Source of the DNA: an uncultured Eubacteriales bacterium
GTDB taxonomy: Bacteria > Bacillota > Clostridia > Oscillospirales > Acutalibacteraceae
Direction of reading: 5' to 3'
Assembly: GCA_934725425.1 (NCBI GenBank)
Contig: CAKVAX010000003.1
Coordinates: 98,418-162,417 of the forward strand
Length of the DNA: 64,000 bases
Below the pieces are notes generated by a model. That model was not told the DNA's origin and did not search any database. It was given only the letters and a program-made list of their open reading frames with translations. Below are positions 10,755 through 21,284 of this stretch, in pieces; the first letter of the stretch is position 1; every line of letters starts with the position of its first letter. Both the position numbers and the translations under genes were made by a program.

Positions 10755-11780
10755 CTGGAACCGAAAGACCGAAAGCTTAAAATACTGTCTTCTATAATCG
10801 ATAGATACGTTGTAAACGGCGATCCTGTGGGTTCAAAAGCTTTGTGCGAGGATCTTGAGTACGAATTTTCGTCTGCTACAATCCGAAGTGACATGGCTAG
10901 GCTGGTTGACCTTGGTTATTTATTACAGCCTCATGTGTCATCCGGGAGAGTACCTTCAGATCAAGGCTACAGATTATACATTAACAAATTAATGCCGAAA
11001 AAGCCACTATCTTTAGAAGAAAAAATTTTTATAAACGGAATTTTAAGTGTTTCGGCGACTGACCCCGAAAAGCTTTTAACGGGCGCAGCAAAGGTTCTTT
11101 CGGAGATAACAAATTTTACCGCTATTGTTACCGCTCCTCCGAGTTCAGAGTCAACAGTCAGAGATATAACTTTTGTAAAAATTGGTAGAATGACCGCTAT
11201 GATGGTGCTCATGACTTCTGATGGAATGGTAAAAAACAAAATTTTTAGGTGCGATTACGAACTTAATGATGAAATCCTTTACATGTTTAGCGGTATACTA
11301 AATGGTAAATTTCGAGGCGAGAAGCTGAAAGATATAACCCCGGAATTTGTTGATATTTTAGTTGGCGAAGATAGAGAGTTGGCGCTTTTGTTATTGCCGG
11401 TTATTGATGTTTTGATGGACGCTGCAAAAGAAGCTTGCGAAGTTGAAGTAAAAATTTACGGTCAAAAGAATTTGCTTTCTATCCCCGGAATCACCACCGA
11501 AATGGTGATAAACATCTTTAATTTTCTTGAAAACAAAGAAAAAGTTTTAAGACTTCTTGATTTGGGAGAATACGGTGTGAAATTTACCGTGGGTGACGAA
11601 AATAAATATATGGAACTTAAAGACGCAAGCGTGGTTTCGTTTCATTATGGAATAGGCGGAAAAATCGGCACCATCGGAATAATCGGTCCGACTCGCATGA
11701 ATTACGGAAAAGTTTATTCTCAACTGGAATATGTTGCTTCTCTCATAGGAGTTTTGTTAGGGAGAATTCTTGAAAATTAG
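10755..11780 (+). CDS. hrcA: heat-inducible transcription repressor HrcA (apparent CTG start)
   Basis: The track ORF starts at GTG 10827. The conserved HrcA N-terminus (KDRKLKILSSIIDRYVVNGDPVGSKAL) is encoded in frame upstream of that codon. An in-frame TGA lies at 10746-10748. CTG 10755 lies 7 nt after SD GAGAGGTG. Confidence 0.85.
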   Translation: MEPKDRKLKILSSIIDRYVVNGDPVGSKALCEDLEYEFSSATIRSDMARLVDLGYLLQPHVSSGRVPSDQGYRLYINKLMPKKPLSLEEKIFINGILSVSATDPEKLLTGAAKVLSEITNFTAIVTAPPSSESTVRDITFVKIGRMTAMMVLMTSDGMVKNKIFRCDYELNDEILYMFSGILNGKFRGEKLKDITPEFVDILVGEDRELALLLLPVIDVLMDAAKEACEVEVKIYGQKNLLSIPGITTEMVINIFNFLENKEKVLRLLDLGEYGVKFTVGDENKYMELKDASVVSFHYGIGGKIGTIGIIGPTRMNYGKVYSQLEYVASLIGVLLGRILEN

Positions 11781-11813
11781 CGGTTTGATTTTTGAAAGGG
11801 GAATTTTACATTA

Positions 11814-12326
11814 ATGAGCGATAATAAAGAAAAAGAAGAGATGACAGAAAACGAAATTAAGGACGATGAAGCATTAGAAAAAGATTCTGAAGCCGAAAAA
11901 ATAAAAAAAGACCTTGAAAATACAAAAAATCTATTGTTAAGGACAGCTGCAGAATATGATAATTTCAGAAAGCGTTCAGAACGAGAAAAAGATGCTATAT
12001 ATTCCAATGCCGTTTCATCAGCTGTAAAAAATATTTTGCCATTGGCTGATAGTTTAGATGCAGCAGTTAAAGCGGCTGAAAGTGAAAGTGAAGAATACAG
12101 AAAGGGAATTGAACTCTTGTCAAATCAAATGCAAAAAGCTCTTAATAATCTGGAGGTCGAGGCTTTTGGAAACATAGGTGACGACTTTGATCCCAATCTT
12201 CATCACGCAATTTCTCATTCTGAAAGTGATGAAGAAAAACAAAATTTCGTATCTCTTGTTTTTCAAAAAGGATATAAAATCGGTGACAAAATAATAAGAC
12301 CCGCAATGGTTCAGGTCACCAATTAA
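11814..12326 (+). CDS. grpE: nucleotide exchange factor GrpE
   Basis: 170 aa with the GrpE pattern (RTAAEYDNFRKRSEREK...DPNLHHAIS). Operon context fits. Confidence 0.92.
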   Translation: MSDNKEKEEMTENEIKDDEALEKDSEAEKIKKDLENTKNLLLRTAAEYDNFRKRSEREKDAIYSNAVSSAVKNILPLADSLDAAVKAAESESEEYRKGIELLSNQMQKALNNLEVEAFGNIGDDFDPNLHHAISHSESDEEKQNFVSLVFQKGYKIGDKIIRPAMVQVTN

Positions 12327-12330
12327 TTAA

Positions 12331-14205
<1,875 letters not shown>

Positions 14206-14220
14206 TTTATGCTATAAACT

Positions 14221-14247
14221 ACCCTCTGCCTTTTGGTGGCGGAGGGT
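14221..14247 (+). other. GC-rich stem-loop between dnaK and dnaJ (no U-tract)
   Basis: 9-bp stem ccctctgcc (14222-14230) / ggcggaggg (14238-14246). This could be a partial terminator or processing site that sets the dnaK:dnaJ ratio. Confidence 0.5.
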
Positions 14248-14272
14248 AATTACTTAAAGAGGTGAAAAAAAT

Positions 14273-15430
14273 TTGTCTGAAAAGCGAGATTATTACGAAG
14301 TATTAGGAATAAATAAAAGTGCTTCTGATGATGAAATAAAAAAAGCGTATCGAAAACTTGCAAAAAAATATCATCCTGATCTCAATCCCGGAAATAAAGA
14401 AGCTGAACAAAATTTTAAAGAAATCAACGAAGCTTATGATGTTCTTTCCGATAAAAGTAAAAAAGCAAGATACGACCAATTCGGTCACGCCGGTACAGAC
14501 CCCGGATACGGTGGGGGCGGATACTCGGGAGGATATAGCTATTATGGCGGCAGTCCATTTGGTGACGACATAGACTTAGGGGACATATTCAGCAGCTTTT
14601 TTGGAGGATTTGGCGGAGGAAGGACCAGACAAAGTTCTAATTCTCCTCGCCGTGGAAGCGATGTGGAATGTGAACTTAAGATTACATTTTTGGAAGCTGC
14701 TAAAGGTTGCACTAAAAAGATATCTTACTATGTTGTGGATAATTGCAAAGATTGCGGAGGAAGCGGCGCAAAAAAAGGAACTTCACTTAAAACTTGTGAT
14801 GCGTGCAGAGGCTCAGGCCACGTAGTTATAAATCAGAGAACTCCTTTTGGAGTTATGCAAACTACTCGCGGATGTGATAAGTGTGGCGGTAGCGGAAAAA
14901 TAATAGAATCGCCGTGCCCTTCTTGCTCAGGAAAAGGCAAAATGCGCGTAAAAAAAGAAATTGAAGTTAAAGTCCCTGCCGGGATAAGCAGCAAACAAAT
15001 TCTTAATGTGTCAGGAAAAGGAAATGCAGGTAAAAACGGCGGTGAATCCGGAGATTTGCAACTGTATATTACCGTTATGCCACACCCTATTTTTGAAAGA
15101 AAAGATTACGACATATGGTGCGATGTTCCGGTTACTTATGCTCAAGCAGCATTAGGCGCAGATATAACTGTTCCTACACTTGATGGCAAAGCAACATATC
15201 ATGTACATGAAGGAGCTCAAAACGGTGATGTTTTCAAGCTCAAGGGAAAAGGTATCACCAAACTTCACGGCAGAGGAGTAGGCGATGAATTCGTAAAAAT
15301 TCATATAGAAGTTCCAAGAAATTTAACTCAAAATCAACGAGATATGCTCGTGGAATTTGAGAGCACTTTGACAGAAAAAAACTATCAAAAAAGAAAGACG
15401 TTTTTTGATAGAATAAAAGATTTATTTTAG
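14273..15430 (+). CDS. dnaJ: molecular chaperone DnaJ (TTG start)
   Basis: J domain with HPD, a G/F-rich linker, four CxxCxGxG zinc motifs and a C-terminal domain. TTG 14273 lies 7 nt after SD aaagaggtg. Confidence 0.95.
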   Translation: MSEKRDYYEVLGINKSASDDEIKKAYRKLAKKYHPDLNPGNKEAEQNFKEINEAYDVLSDKSKKARYDQFGHAGTDPGYGGGGYSGGYSYYGGSPFGDDIDLGDIFSSFFGGFGGGRTRQSSNSPRRGSDVECELKITFLEAAKGCTKKISYYVVDNCKDCGGSGAKKGTSLKTCDACRGSGHVVINQRTPFGVMQTTRGCDKCGGSGKIIESPCPSCSGKGKMRVKKEIEVKVPAGISSKQILNVSGKGNAGKNGGESGDLQLYITVMPHPIFERKDYDIWCDVPVTYAQAALGADITVPTLDGKATYHVHEGAQNGDVFKLKGKGITKLHGRGVGDEFVKIHIEVPRNLTQNQRDMLVEFESTLTEKNYQKRKTFFDRIKDLF

Positions 15431-15436
15431 TCGTTT

Positions 15437-15736
15437 TTATATTTGAAAATTCATTTTATTTATAAATTTTTCGACTTGTTCCGTAGATATATTTTCAGGT
15501 ATTGGCAGTTCTATGTCAGTGCCTCCGGAAATTGTTTTTAAATCGCTTTCACTTAAAGAAACTGATTCCTCTAATTTAGTTTGAATGGAGTTTATTAATT
15601 TTTTCAACTCATCTTCCTTTAAGATTACTCCATTTTCTTCAAAAAGAGATTGAAGCTCCTTTGGAGTGGCGGTTGTAAATATTTTTTCAACAAATTCTTC
15701 ATCTTTCAGTAGTTCTGCTACTTTCTTTATGTCCAT
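15437..15736 (-). CDS. Nif11-like long-leader peptide with double-glycine cleavage motif (P1)
   Basis: Start moved to ATG 15736 (SD aagggag, 7-nt spacer). The product is MDIKKVAELLKDEEFVEKIFTTATPKELQSLFEENGVILKEDEL...SLSESDLKTISGG followed by a 27-aa Cys-free acidic core TDIELPIPENISTEQVEKFINKMNFQI. It converges on the dnaJ stop. Confidence 0.6.
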   Translation of the reverse strand: MDIKKVAELLKDEEFVEKIFTTATPKELQSLFEENGVILKEDELKKLINSIQTKLEESVSLSESDLKTISGGTDIELPIPENISTEQVEKFINKMNFQI

Positions 15737-15766
15737 AGACACACTCCCTTTTGTAAAATATTATTT

Positions 15767-15795
15767 ATTATATCCAAATATAAAACAGAATTCAA
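15767..15795 (-). promoter_or_regulatory. sigma-A-type promoter for P1
   Basis: Minus-sense TTGAAT (15795-15790), 17 nt, TATAAT (15772-15767). Confidence 0.45.
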
Positions 15796-15900
15796 TAGTT
15801 TGTATTTAAATTAACCATATTACAAAAAATAAAATTCAAGTCAATAAGTTTTATTTTAGCTCATTTTTAAAATAATTTTATCGGACAATAAATAATCCTG

Positions 15901-15929
15901 TTGACTACTTCGTATAATATAATTAAAAT
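15901..15929 (+). promoter_or_regulatory. sigma-A-type promoter for the DUF1292 gene
   Basis: TTGACT (15901-15906), 17 nt, TAAAAT (15924-15929). Confidence 0.45.
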
Positions 15930-15972
15930 GGTATTTGTAAAACTTTTACGATATTTTTACAGGAGGAACTTA

Positions 15973-16260
15973 ATGGAAGAAAATTTGCCTACTGATATTG
16001 TCACGCTGGTCGATGACGATGGTGTAGAAAGAGAGTTTGAAGTTTTAGATTGTATTATTATAGAAGATTCTAACAGAAAATTTTATGCTCTTATGCCTAA
16101 CTTCGAGCTTGAGGATATAGATTCAAGTGATGAAGAAGAAATATATTTTATATTTGAAATGGTTGAAAAAGATGGTAAGGAAGAGCTTGTGGAAGTTGAA
16201 GATGAGGATTTGCTTGATGAGATTTCCGAACAATTTGAAGAAAGACTTAAAGACCGTTAA
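15973..16260 (+). CDS. DUF1292 (UPF0473) family protein
   Basis: Start moved to ATG 15973 behind SD aggagg. The acidic 95-aa protein has the DUF1292 pattern (VTLVDDDGVEREFEVLD...FYALMP...EIYFIFEMVEKDGKEELVEVEDEDL). Confidence 0.75.
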   Translation: MEENLPTDIVTLVDDDGVEREFEVLDCIIIEDSNRKFYALMPNFELEDIDSSDEEEIYFIFEMVEKDGKEELVEVEDEDLLDEISEQFEERLKDR

Positions 16261-16281
16261 TTTGTATTTTTAAAGATAGTT

Positions 16282-16467
16282 TCTGCTTAAGACGCGGACT
16301 GTAGCCGTATAACCCTACAAGATATAATAGGGAGCTCGGCTCCTGTATTCGATTGCAGACCTCTTGGCTCTTGCCAAACGAAGGGAGCGTGAAGATATGG
16401 GGAGAGCACCCACCTGCTTATGTAATTTGCAGGTTATCTAGGCTACGATACGCTTAAGCGGATTTTT
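16282..16467 (+). ncRNA. GC-rich rod-like structured RNA, candidate 6S RNA (SsrS)
   Basis: This stretch is visibly GC-richer than the AT-rich flanks. The 5' and 3' ends pair over a long interrupted helix. The pairings are 16282-16291 with 16453-16462 (10 bp), 16301-16306 with 16441-16446 (6 bp), and 16309-16314 with 16432-16437 (6 bp). Inside are internal hairpins (ggagc-tcg-gctcc, ttggc-tctt-gccaa) and unpaired central segments. A T-run follows the closing stem. No ORF is present. Confidence 0.45.
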
Positions 16468-16595
16468 ATTAGAAAATATTTTGTTAAGAAAAAATTAAAA
16501 TTATATTTTTATGATGCCTATAAGGACAAGTTGTATAAAAATGGCGTTTATGATATAGTATATTATGGCGCAGAAACATTATATATTTAAAATTT

Positions 16596-17306
16596 ATGGA
16601 GGAAGTAGTATTGTACCCTTTAGTTTTGGACGTAAGTGTTGTAGCGATTTTGATAGTATTTGCTTTTGTGGGTTACAAAAGTGGAATATTTAAATCATTT
16701 TTATCGTTTATAAGCACAATGTTTTCAGGAATATTTTCGATTTATATTGCAAATATTTTGTCCAAAATCATATATACTGACATGATAAGCCCTCAGATAC
16801 AGTCAAAAATAGAATTATCTCCCATTAGAAATTTTTCTTCGGCTGATCAAATACTTGGTTTATTTTCTCCATGCTTTGTAAAATTTTTGAATGAATTGAG
16901 AATAACACCTAAGGAAATTAACCATATTATAGTTAATGGTAATTTAGATTCAATTCCTTCCAAGATTTCAGAACTGCTTTATCCTCTAATTACTAATGTT
17001 TTAAAATCGATATTGGCTCCGGTGATATTCATTTTGCTTTTAGTGTTCGTGAATGCTTTCCTGAAGTGCATTTCAATGCTTTTTCGTATAAATTTTCTAA
17101 AATCAACCAATAGTTTGGTCGGAATGATTTTCGGACTTCTGAAAGGATACATCGTAGTCACAATTTTAATTTGCTGTTTGAAAATATTTGTTTCTGTTGA
17201 TAATAATTTTTCCGAAGTGTTTTCTCCGGATAATATTTCCTCAACGGTAATTTTTAAAGAAATTTATAATAATAATTTCGTCTATAACTTTTATAAAAAA
17301 ATTTAA
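16596..17306 (+). CDS. cvpA: CvpA (colicin V production) family membrane protein
   Basis: Multi-TM protein with a CvpA-like N-terminus. The real start may be in-frame TTG 16611, which lies 7 nt after GGAGGA (16598-16603). Confidence 0.65.
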   Translation: MEEVVLYPLVLDVSVVAILIVFAFVGYKSGIFKSFLSFISTMFSGIFSIYIANILSKIIYTDMISPQIQSKIELSPIRNFSSADQILGLFSPCFVKFLNELRITPKEINHIIVNGNLDSIPSKISELLYPLITNVLKSILAPVIFILLLVFVNAFLKCISMLFRINFLKSTNSLVGMIFGLLKGYIVVTILICCLKIFVSVDNNFSEVFSPDNISSTVIFKEIYNNNFVYNFYKKI

Positions 17307-17334
17307 TTTATTTGTGAGCGGAGCGCTGTAAGAA

Positions 17335-17910
17335 GTGAAAAGTTTAATATACATAAGAAAAAATTTGAACATTCCCAATGTGCTTTCAATTATAAGAATT
17401 ATATTTATAATACCTTTTGTTTTTGCGGTTATTGATGATGATTACACAACTGCGGGAATTATTTTAATAATTTCAGGAATAAGCGATTTTTTAGATGGGT
17501 ATATTGCGCGCAAATATAATCAAATAACCCGATTTGGAAAAATGCTTGATCCTACCGCGGATAAACTCACTTTAATGGCTGTAATGGTTTGCGTAGGCAT
17601 AAAATTTAATAAAATTTTTCCCTTTATGATAATACTTATTACTAAGGAAATTTTAATGCTTATAGCCGGAATAATTTTGCTTCGTAAAAAATTAACGCCA
17701 CCTTCAGCAAAATGGTATGGAAAACTGTCTACAATAGTGTTTTACGTGTCAATTATAATCATTATATCGCTTAAAGCAATTTGGAATTTAGACATAGAAA
17801 TTTTAGACATAAGCCTTATGGCATTAACTGCTTTTTTCATGATTTACGCTTTGATTCGCTATTTCTGCATTTTTAAAGAAATGATAAAAAATTTAAAATT
17901 AACCAAATGA
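17335..17910 (+). CDS. CDP-alcohol phosphatidyltransferase family protein (PgsA-like)
   Basis: Signature D(x2)DG(x2)AR...G(x3)D(x3)D appears as DFLDGYIARKYNQITRFGKMLDPTADKL, with about 5 TM helices. Confidence 0.75.
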   Translation: MKSLIYIRKNLNIPNVLSIIRIIFIIPFVFAVIDDDYTTAGIILIISGISDFLDGYIARKYNQITRFGKMLDPTADKLTLMAVMVCVGIKFNKIFPFMIILITKEILMLIAGIILLRKKLTPPSAKWYGKLSTIVFYVSIIIIISLKAIWNLDIEILDISLMALTAFFMIYALIRYFCIFKEMIKNLKLTK

Positions 17911-17941
17911 CAAAAATTTAATAATATAAGGAGTAATATTT

Positions 17942-20257
17942 ATGCTATGTTCCAGGTGCAAAAAACGGACAGCAGTGGTATTTGTTTCTTCGAATAAAGA
18001 TTCTTCCGGCGCACAGGGCTACTGTGCTTTATGCGCAAAAGAAATAGGAGTTAAGCCAATAGAAGATATATTCGATAAAATGGGAATTTCTGCCGAAGAA
18101 ATGGCCAATATAGAAGATCAGTTTTCAGGAATATTAAACGCAGCTTCCTCCACAGACGATTCTACCGGTGAAGAAGCTGACACCCCCGAAGATTTTATGC
18201 GAGGAGGAGCTGCTACATTTCCGTTTATAAAAGGCTTGTTCTCCAATATGATGTTTCCGAGCAAGGAAGATGAAATTCCAAAAGACGATAAAGCCGCAGA
18301 TTCAAATAATTCCAAATTAAAAAAGCGCCCTAAAAGAAAAAATTTGAATATTTATTGCGAAAATTTGACCGCTAAAGCAAAGGAAAATAAGCTCGATAAA
18401 GTAATAGGACGAGATAGAGAAATAAATCGTGCAATACAAATTCTTTGCAGAAGAACCAAAAATAATCCATGCTTTATCGGAGAACCGGGCGTAGGAAAAA
18501 CCGCTATTGCTGAGGGGTTGGCGCTGAGAATCTCCGAAGGAAAAGTACCTCAATATTTAAAAAATAAAGAAATTCATCTGTTAGATTTAACTTCACTGGT
18601 AGCCGGAACCCAGTTTAGAGGTCAATTTGAAAGCCGTATAAAAGGGCTTATAGAAGAAGTAAAAAAAGACGGAAACATAATACTTTTCATTGACGAGGTT
18701 CATAATTTAGTCGGTGCAGGAGACTCAGAAGGTTCGATGAGTGCCGCGAACATACTTAAGCCGGCGCTTTCTCGTGGTGAAATACAAGTAATAGGTGCTA
18801 CCACATTTGAGGAATACAGGAAGTATATCGAAAAAGACGCTGCACTTGAAAGAAGATTTCAGCCTATAAAAGTTGCCGAACCCTCCATAGACGAGACTGT
18901 GGAAATTTTAAAAGGAATAAAAAATTACTACGAAGAACATCATCGAGTTGTAATTCCGGACTATTTAATTAATAGATTGGTAGTCCTTTCGGAAAGATAT
19001 ATAATGGACAGATTTTTGCCTGACAAAGCGATAGATTTGATGGACGAAGCTGCTACTTATGCTGCTTTAAACAATAAAAGTCTTGCTGAATACGATCGGA
19101 TAAACTCTGAAATTGATTCGTTAAAATCAGAAGAAGAAAAATTAGTTGCACTGGGCGAAGAAGCCGATTATGAAAAATTAGCTCAGATAAGGTGTGAAAT
19201 TGCTAAGATAAACGAAAAAAGCGAAGAACTCAAAGAAAAAGCCTTGGGCAAAAAAGTATTCGAGAGCGATTTGGCTCATGTTTTGGAATTATGGACAGGA
19301 ATTCCGTCTTCGAAAATTCAAGAAAATGAATTTAAAAAATTGGAATTCTTAGAAGAAAATATTAAAAAGAAAATCATCGGTCAAGATGAAGCCGTAGACG
19401 CCGTAGCTGCCGCAATTCGAAGAAATAGAATAAAACTAAGTCTAAGAAGACGACCGGCATCGTTCATATTCGTAGGTTCGACCGGAGTCGGCAAAACCGA
19501 ACTGGTTAAAGTTCTTGCAAGCGAACTTTTTGATTCTCCCGATGCCCTCATAAGAGTTGACATGTCGGAATATATGGAAAAACACTCGGCCTCCAAGATT
19601 GTAGGTTCACCTCCCGGATATGTCGGGTACGATGAAGCCGGGCAGCTTACTGAAAAAGTCAGACAAAGACCATATTCGGTCATATTATTTGACGAAATCG
19701 AAAAAGCTCATCCTGACGTAATGAATATCCTTTTACAAATTTTGGACGAAGGAAAAATCACCGATTCTCACGGAAGAGTCGTGAATTTTGAAAATACAGT
19801 TATCGTAATGACTTCAAATGCCGGCAGTAACAAAAAAGACGGTTCGCTCGGCTTTGGAAAAACAGAAAATGAGCTCGTTAAAGAAAAAGTTATGAAATCG
19901 CTTAAAGAATTTTTGAGGCCTGAATTTATAAGCAGGATAGATGAAATTATTGTGTTCAACAAACTTTCTTATGATGATTATGTAAAAATTGCAGCGCTCA
20001 TAATAGATGAATATAAAGAATCTTTGAAAGAAAGAGATATAAAATTATCGTATGATAAAAAAGTTTTGGAATTACTTGCAGAAAAAGTTTCGAAAGGAAG
20101 CAGCGGCGCCAGAGATTTAAGAAATGTTATAAGAAAAGAAGTAGAAGATAAAATCTCCATGGCTATAGTCAAGAACGAAAGTTTTGATATAGGAGATATT
20201 TTCTTAAAGGCCGAGTCATCGGGAATATCGGTAATTATAAATAAACAGAAAAAGTAA
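17942..20257 (+). CDS. Clp/Hsp100 ATPase, ClpE-like (N-terminal zinc ribbon instead of Clp_N repeats)
   Basis: Two AAA+ modules ([13 protein letters not shown]; [12 protein letters not shown]) and a coiled-coil linker. The N-terminus is CSRCKK...YCALC. Confidence 0.85.
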   Translation: MLCSRCKKRTAVVFVSSNKDSSGAQGYCALCAKEIGVKPIEDIFDKMGISAEEMANIEDQFSGILNAASSTDDSTGEEADTPEDFMRGGAATFPFIKGLFSNMMFPSKEDEIPKDDKAADSNNSKLKKRPKRKNLNIYCENLTAKAKENKLDKVIGRDREINRAIQILCRRTKNNPCFIGEPGVGKTAIAEGLALRISEGKVPQYLKNKEIHLLDLTSLVAGTQFRGQFESRIKGLIEEVKKDGNIILFIDEVHNLVGAGDSEGSMSAANILKPALSRGEIQVIGATTFEEYRKYIEKDAALERRFQPIKVAEPSIDETVEILKGIKNYYEEHHRVVIPDYLINRLVVLSERYIMDRFLPDKAIDLMDEAATYAALNNKSLAEYDRINSEIDSLKSEEEKLVALGEEADYEKLAQIRCEIAKINEKSEELKEKALGKKVFESDLAHVLELWTGIPSSKIQENEFKKLEFLEENIKKKIIGQDEAVDAVAAAIRRNRIKLSLRRRPASFIFVGSTGVGKTELVKVLASELFDSPDALIRVDMSEYMEKHSASKIVGSPPGYVGYDEAGQLTEKVRQRPYSVILFDEIEKAHPDVMNILLQILDEGKITDSHGRVVNFENTVIVMTSNAGSNKKDGSLGFGKTENELVKEKVMKSLKEFLRPEFISRIDEIIVFNKLSYDDYVKIAALIIDEYKESLKERDIKLSYDKKVLELLAEKVSKGSSGARDLRNVIRKEVEDKISMAIVKNESFDIGDIFLKAESSGISVIINKQKK

Positions 20258-20277
20258 ATTTCAGGAGGAATTGCAGA

Positions 20278-20733
20278 GTGAAATGTCCTTATTGCAACCT
20301 CGAAGGTTGTAAAGTTTTGGAATCCAGATCAGCTGACGAAGGGTCTCAGGTTAGACGTCGCCGAGAATGTGAATCGTGCGGAAAAAGGTTTACGACATAT
20401 GAAGTGGTCGAAAGCATACCTGTTATGATAGTAAAACGCAATGGTTCCCGAGAAAAATTTGACAGAAAAAAAGTTCTCAACGGGCTTATGAAAGCCTGTG
20501 AGAAACGTGTGATTTCATTCGAAGATATAGAAAATGTTGTAGATGATATAGAGTTAAAAGTGCAAAATTCATTGGCAAGGGAAGTCACGTCTGAGTTTAT
20601 CGGAGAGCAATGCATGGAATTTCTAAAGAGAAAAGATGAGGTCGCATACATCAGGTTTGCCTCTGTATACAGGCAATTTAAGGACGTTAGCGAGTTTATG
20701 AATGAACTTAAAAACTTTTTGAAAAGCAATTAA
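20278..20733 (+). CDS. nrdR: transcriptional repressor NrdR (GTG start)
   Basis: MKCPYC...CESCGKRFTTYE zinc ribbon plus an ATP-cone. SD aggagg lies upstream of GTG. Confidence 0.93.
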   Translation: MKCPYCNLEGCKVLESRSADEGSQVRRRRECESCGKRFTTYEVVESIPVMIVKRNGSREKFDRKKVLNGLMKACEKRVISFEDIENVVDDIELKVQNSLAREVTSEFIGEQCMEFLKRKDEVAYIRFASVYRQFKDVSEFMNELKNFLKSN

Positions 20734-20745
20734 TTTACGATATTA

Positions 20746-20786
20746 AGAAAAAACTATACATCGCTTATGATGTATAGTTTTCTGTT
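20746..20786. terminator. bidirectional terminator shared by nrdR (+) and P2 (-)
   Basis: 11-bp perfect stem aactatacatc (20752-20762) / gatgtatagtt (20769-20779), flanked by an A-run and a T-run. One arm (20769-20779, the upstream arm in minus-sense) encodes the last P2 codons. Confidence 0.7.
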
Positions 20787-21145
20787 TGTTTCTTATCTTT
20801 AATACCGAGTTTCTCGGTCAATTTGTCCATAATTGAATCCGTTCTTTTTTTCGATTCGAAAAAAGTTTGACCAAAAGTTTTCGTAAGATCAAATGTGTCT
20901 GCTAAATCTAATCCGCCACTAATTTTGTCTAATTCACCGTCACTCATATTATTCTCTTCAGAAGCTTTTGCAATGTTTTTCATGAACTCAATGAATTCGT
21001 CAAAGTCATATCCCGGCACCAAAGAGATGCAATATTTGTAAAGTTCTTCCGAACTACCCATATTATAAAATTTTTCTGCTTTTTCCGGGTGGTCGTTTAA
21101 AACCTTTATGAGTTTAATTAGATTCTCGTTTTTTGTCAGTTCCAT
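20765..21145 (-). CDS. Nif11-like long-leader peptide with double-glycine cleavage motif (P2)
   Basis: MELTKNENLIKLIKVLNDHPEKAEKFYNMGSSEELYKYCISLVPGYDFDEFIEF...NMSDGELDKISGG, followed by a 48-aa Cys-free core LDLADTFDLTKTFGQTFFESKKRTDSIMDKLTEKLGIKDKKQTENYTS. SD aaggaggg is present. Confidence 0.6.
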   Translation of the reverse strand: MELTKNENLIKLIKVLNDHPEKAEKFYNMGSSEELYKYCISLVPGYDFDEFIEFMKNIAKASEENNMSDGELDKISGGLDLADTFDLTKTFGQTFFESKKRTDSIMDKLTEKLGIKDKKQTENYTS

Positions 21146-21176
21146 TAATACACCCTCCTTATAAATTATATGTATA

Positions 21177-21204
21177 ATTCTATCATAAATTTCTGAATAG
21201 TCAA
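21177..21204 (-). promoter_or_regulatory. sigma-A-type (extended -10) promoter for P2
   Basis: Minus-sense TTGACT (21204-21199), 16 nt, TGaTAGAAT (-10 hexamer 21182-21177). Confidence 0.45.
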
Positions 21205-21284
21205 TATTTTTATAAATATTTTATATAATTTTTTGATTATATTCAAAAAGTATGGAGAAAATATTTTTACAAGGAGGTATTAAT

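Noticed and set aside
16282-16467. Possibility that the structured element is a riboswitch or leader for cvpA (c-di-AMP/ydaO, glycine, T-box).
   Set aside because: I could not find the conserved cores by eye: no ydaO-type ACGGGGA/CCCGAA…AGCUAACC segments, no T-box GGUGGNACCGCG, and glycine-like GGAGAG/CGAAGGG pieces in the wrong order. An AT-rich gap of about 125 nt separates it from cvpA. This needs cmsearch to settle.
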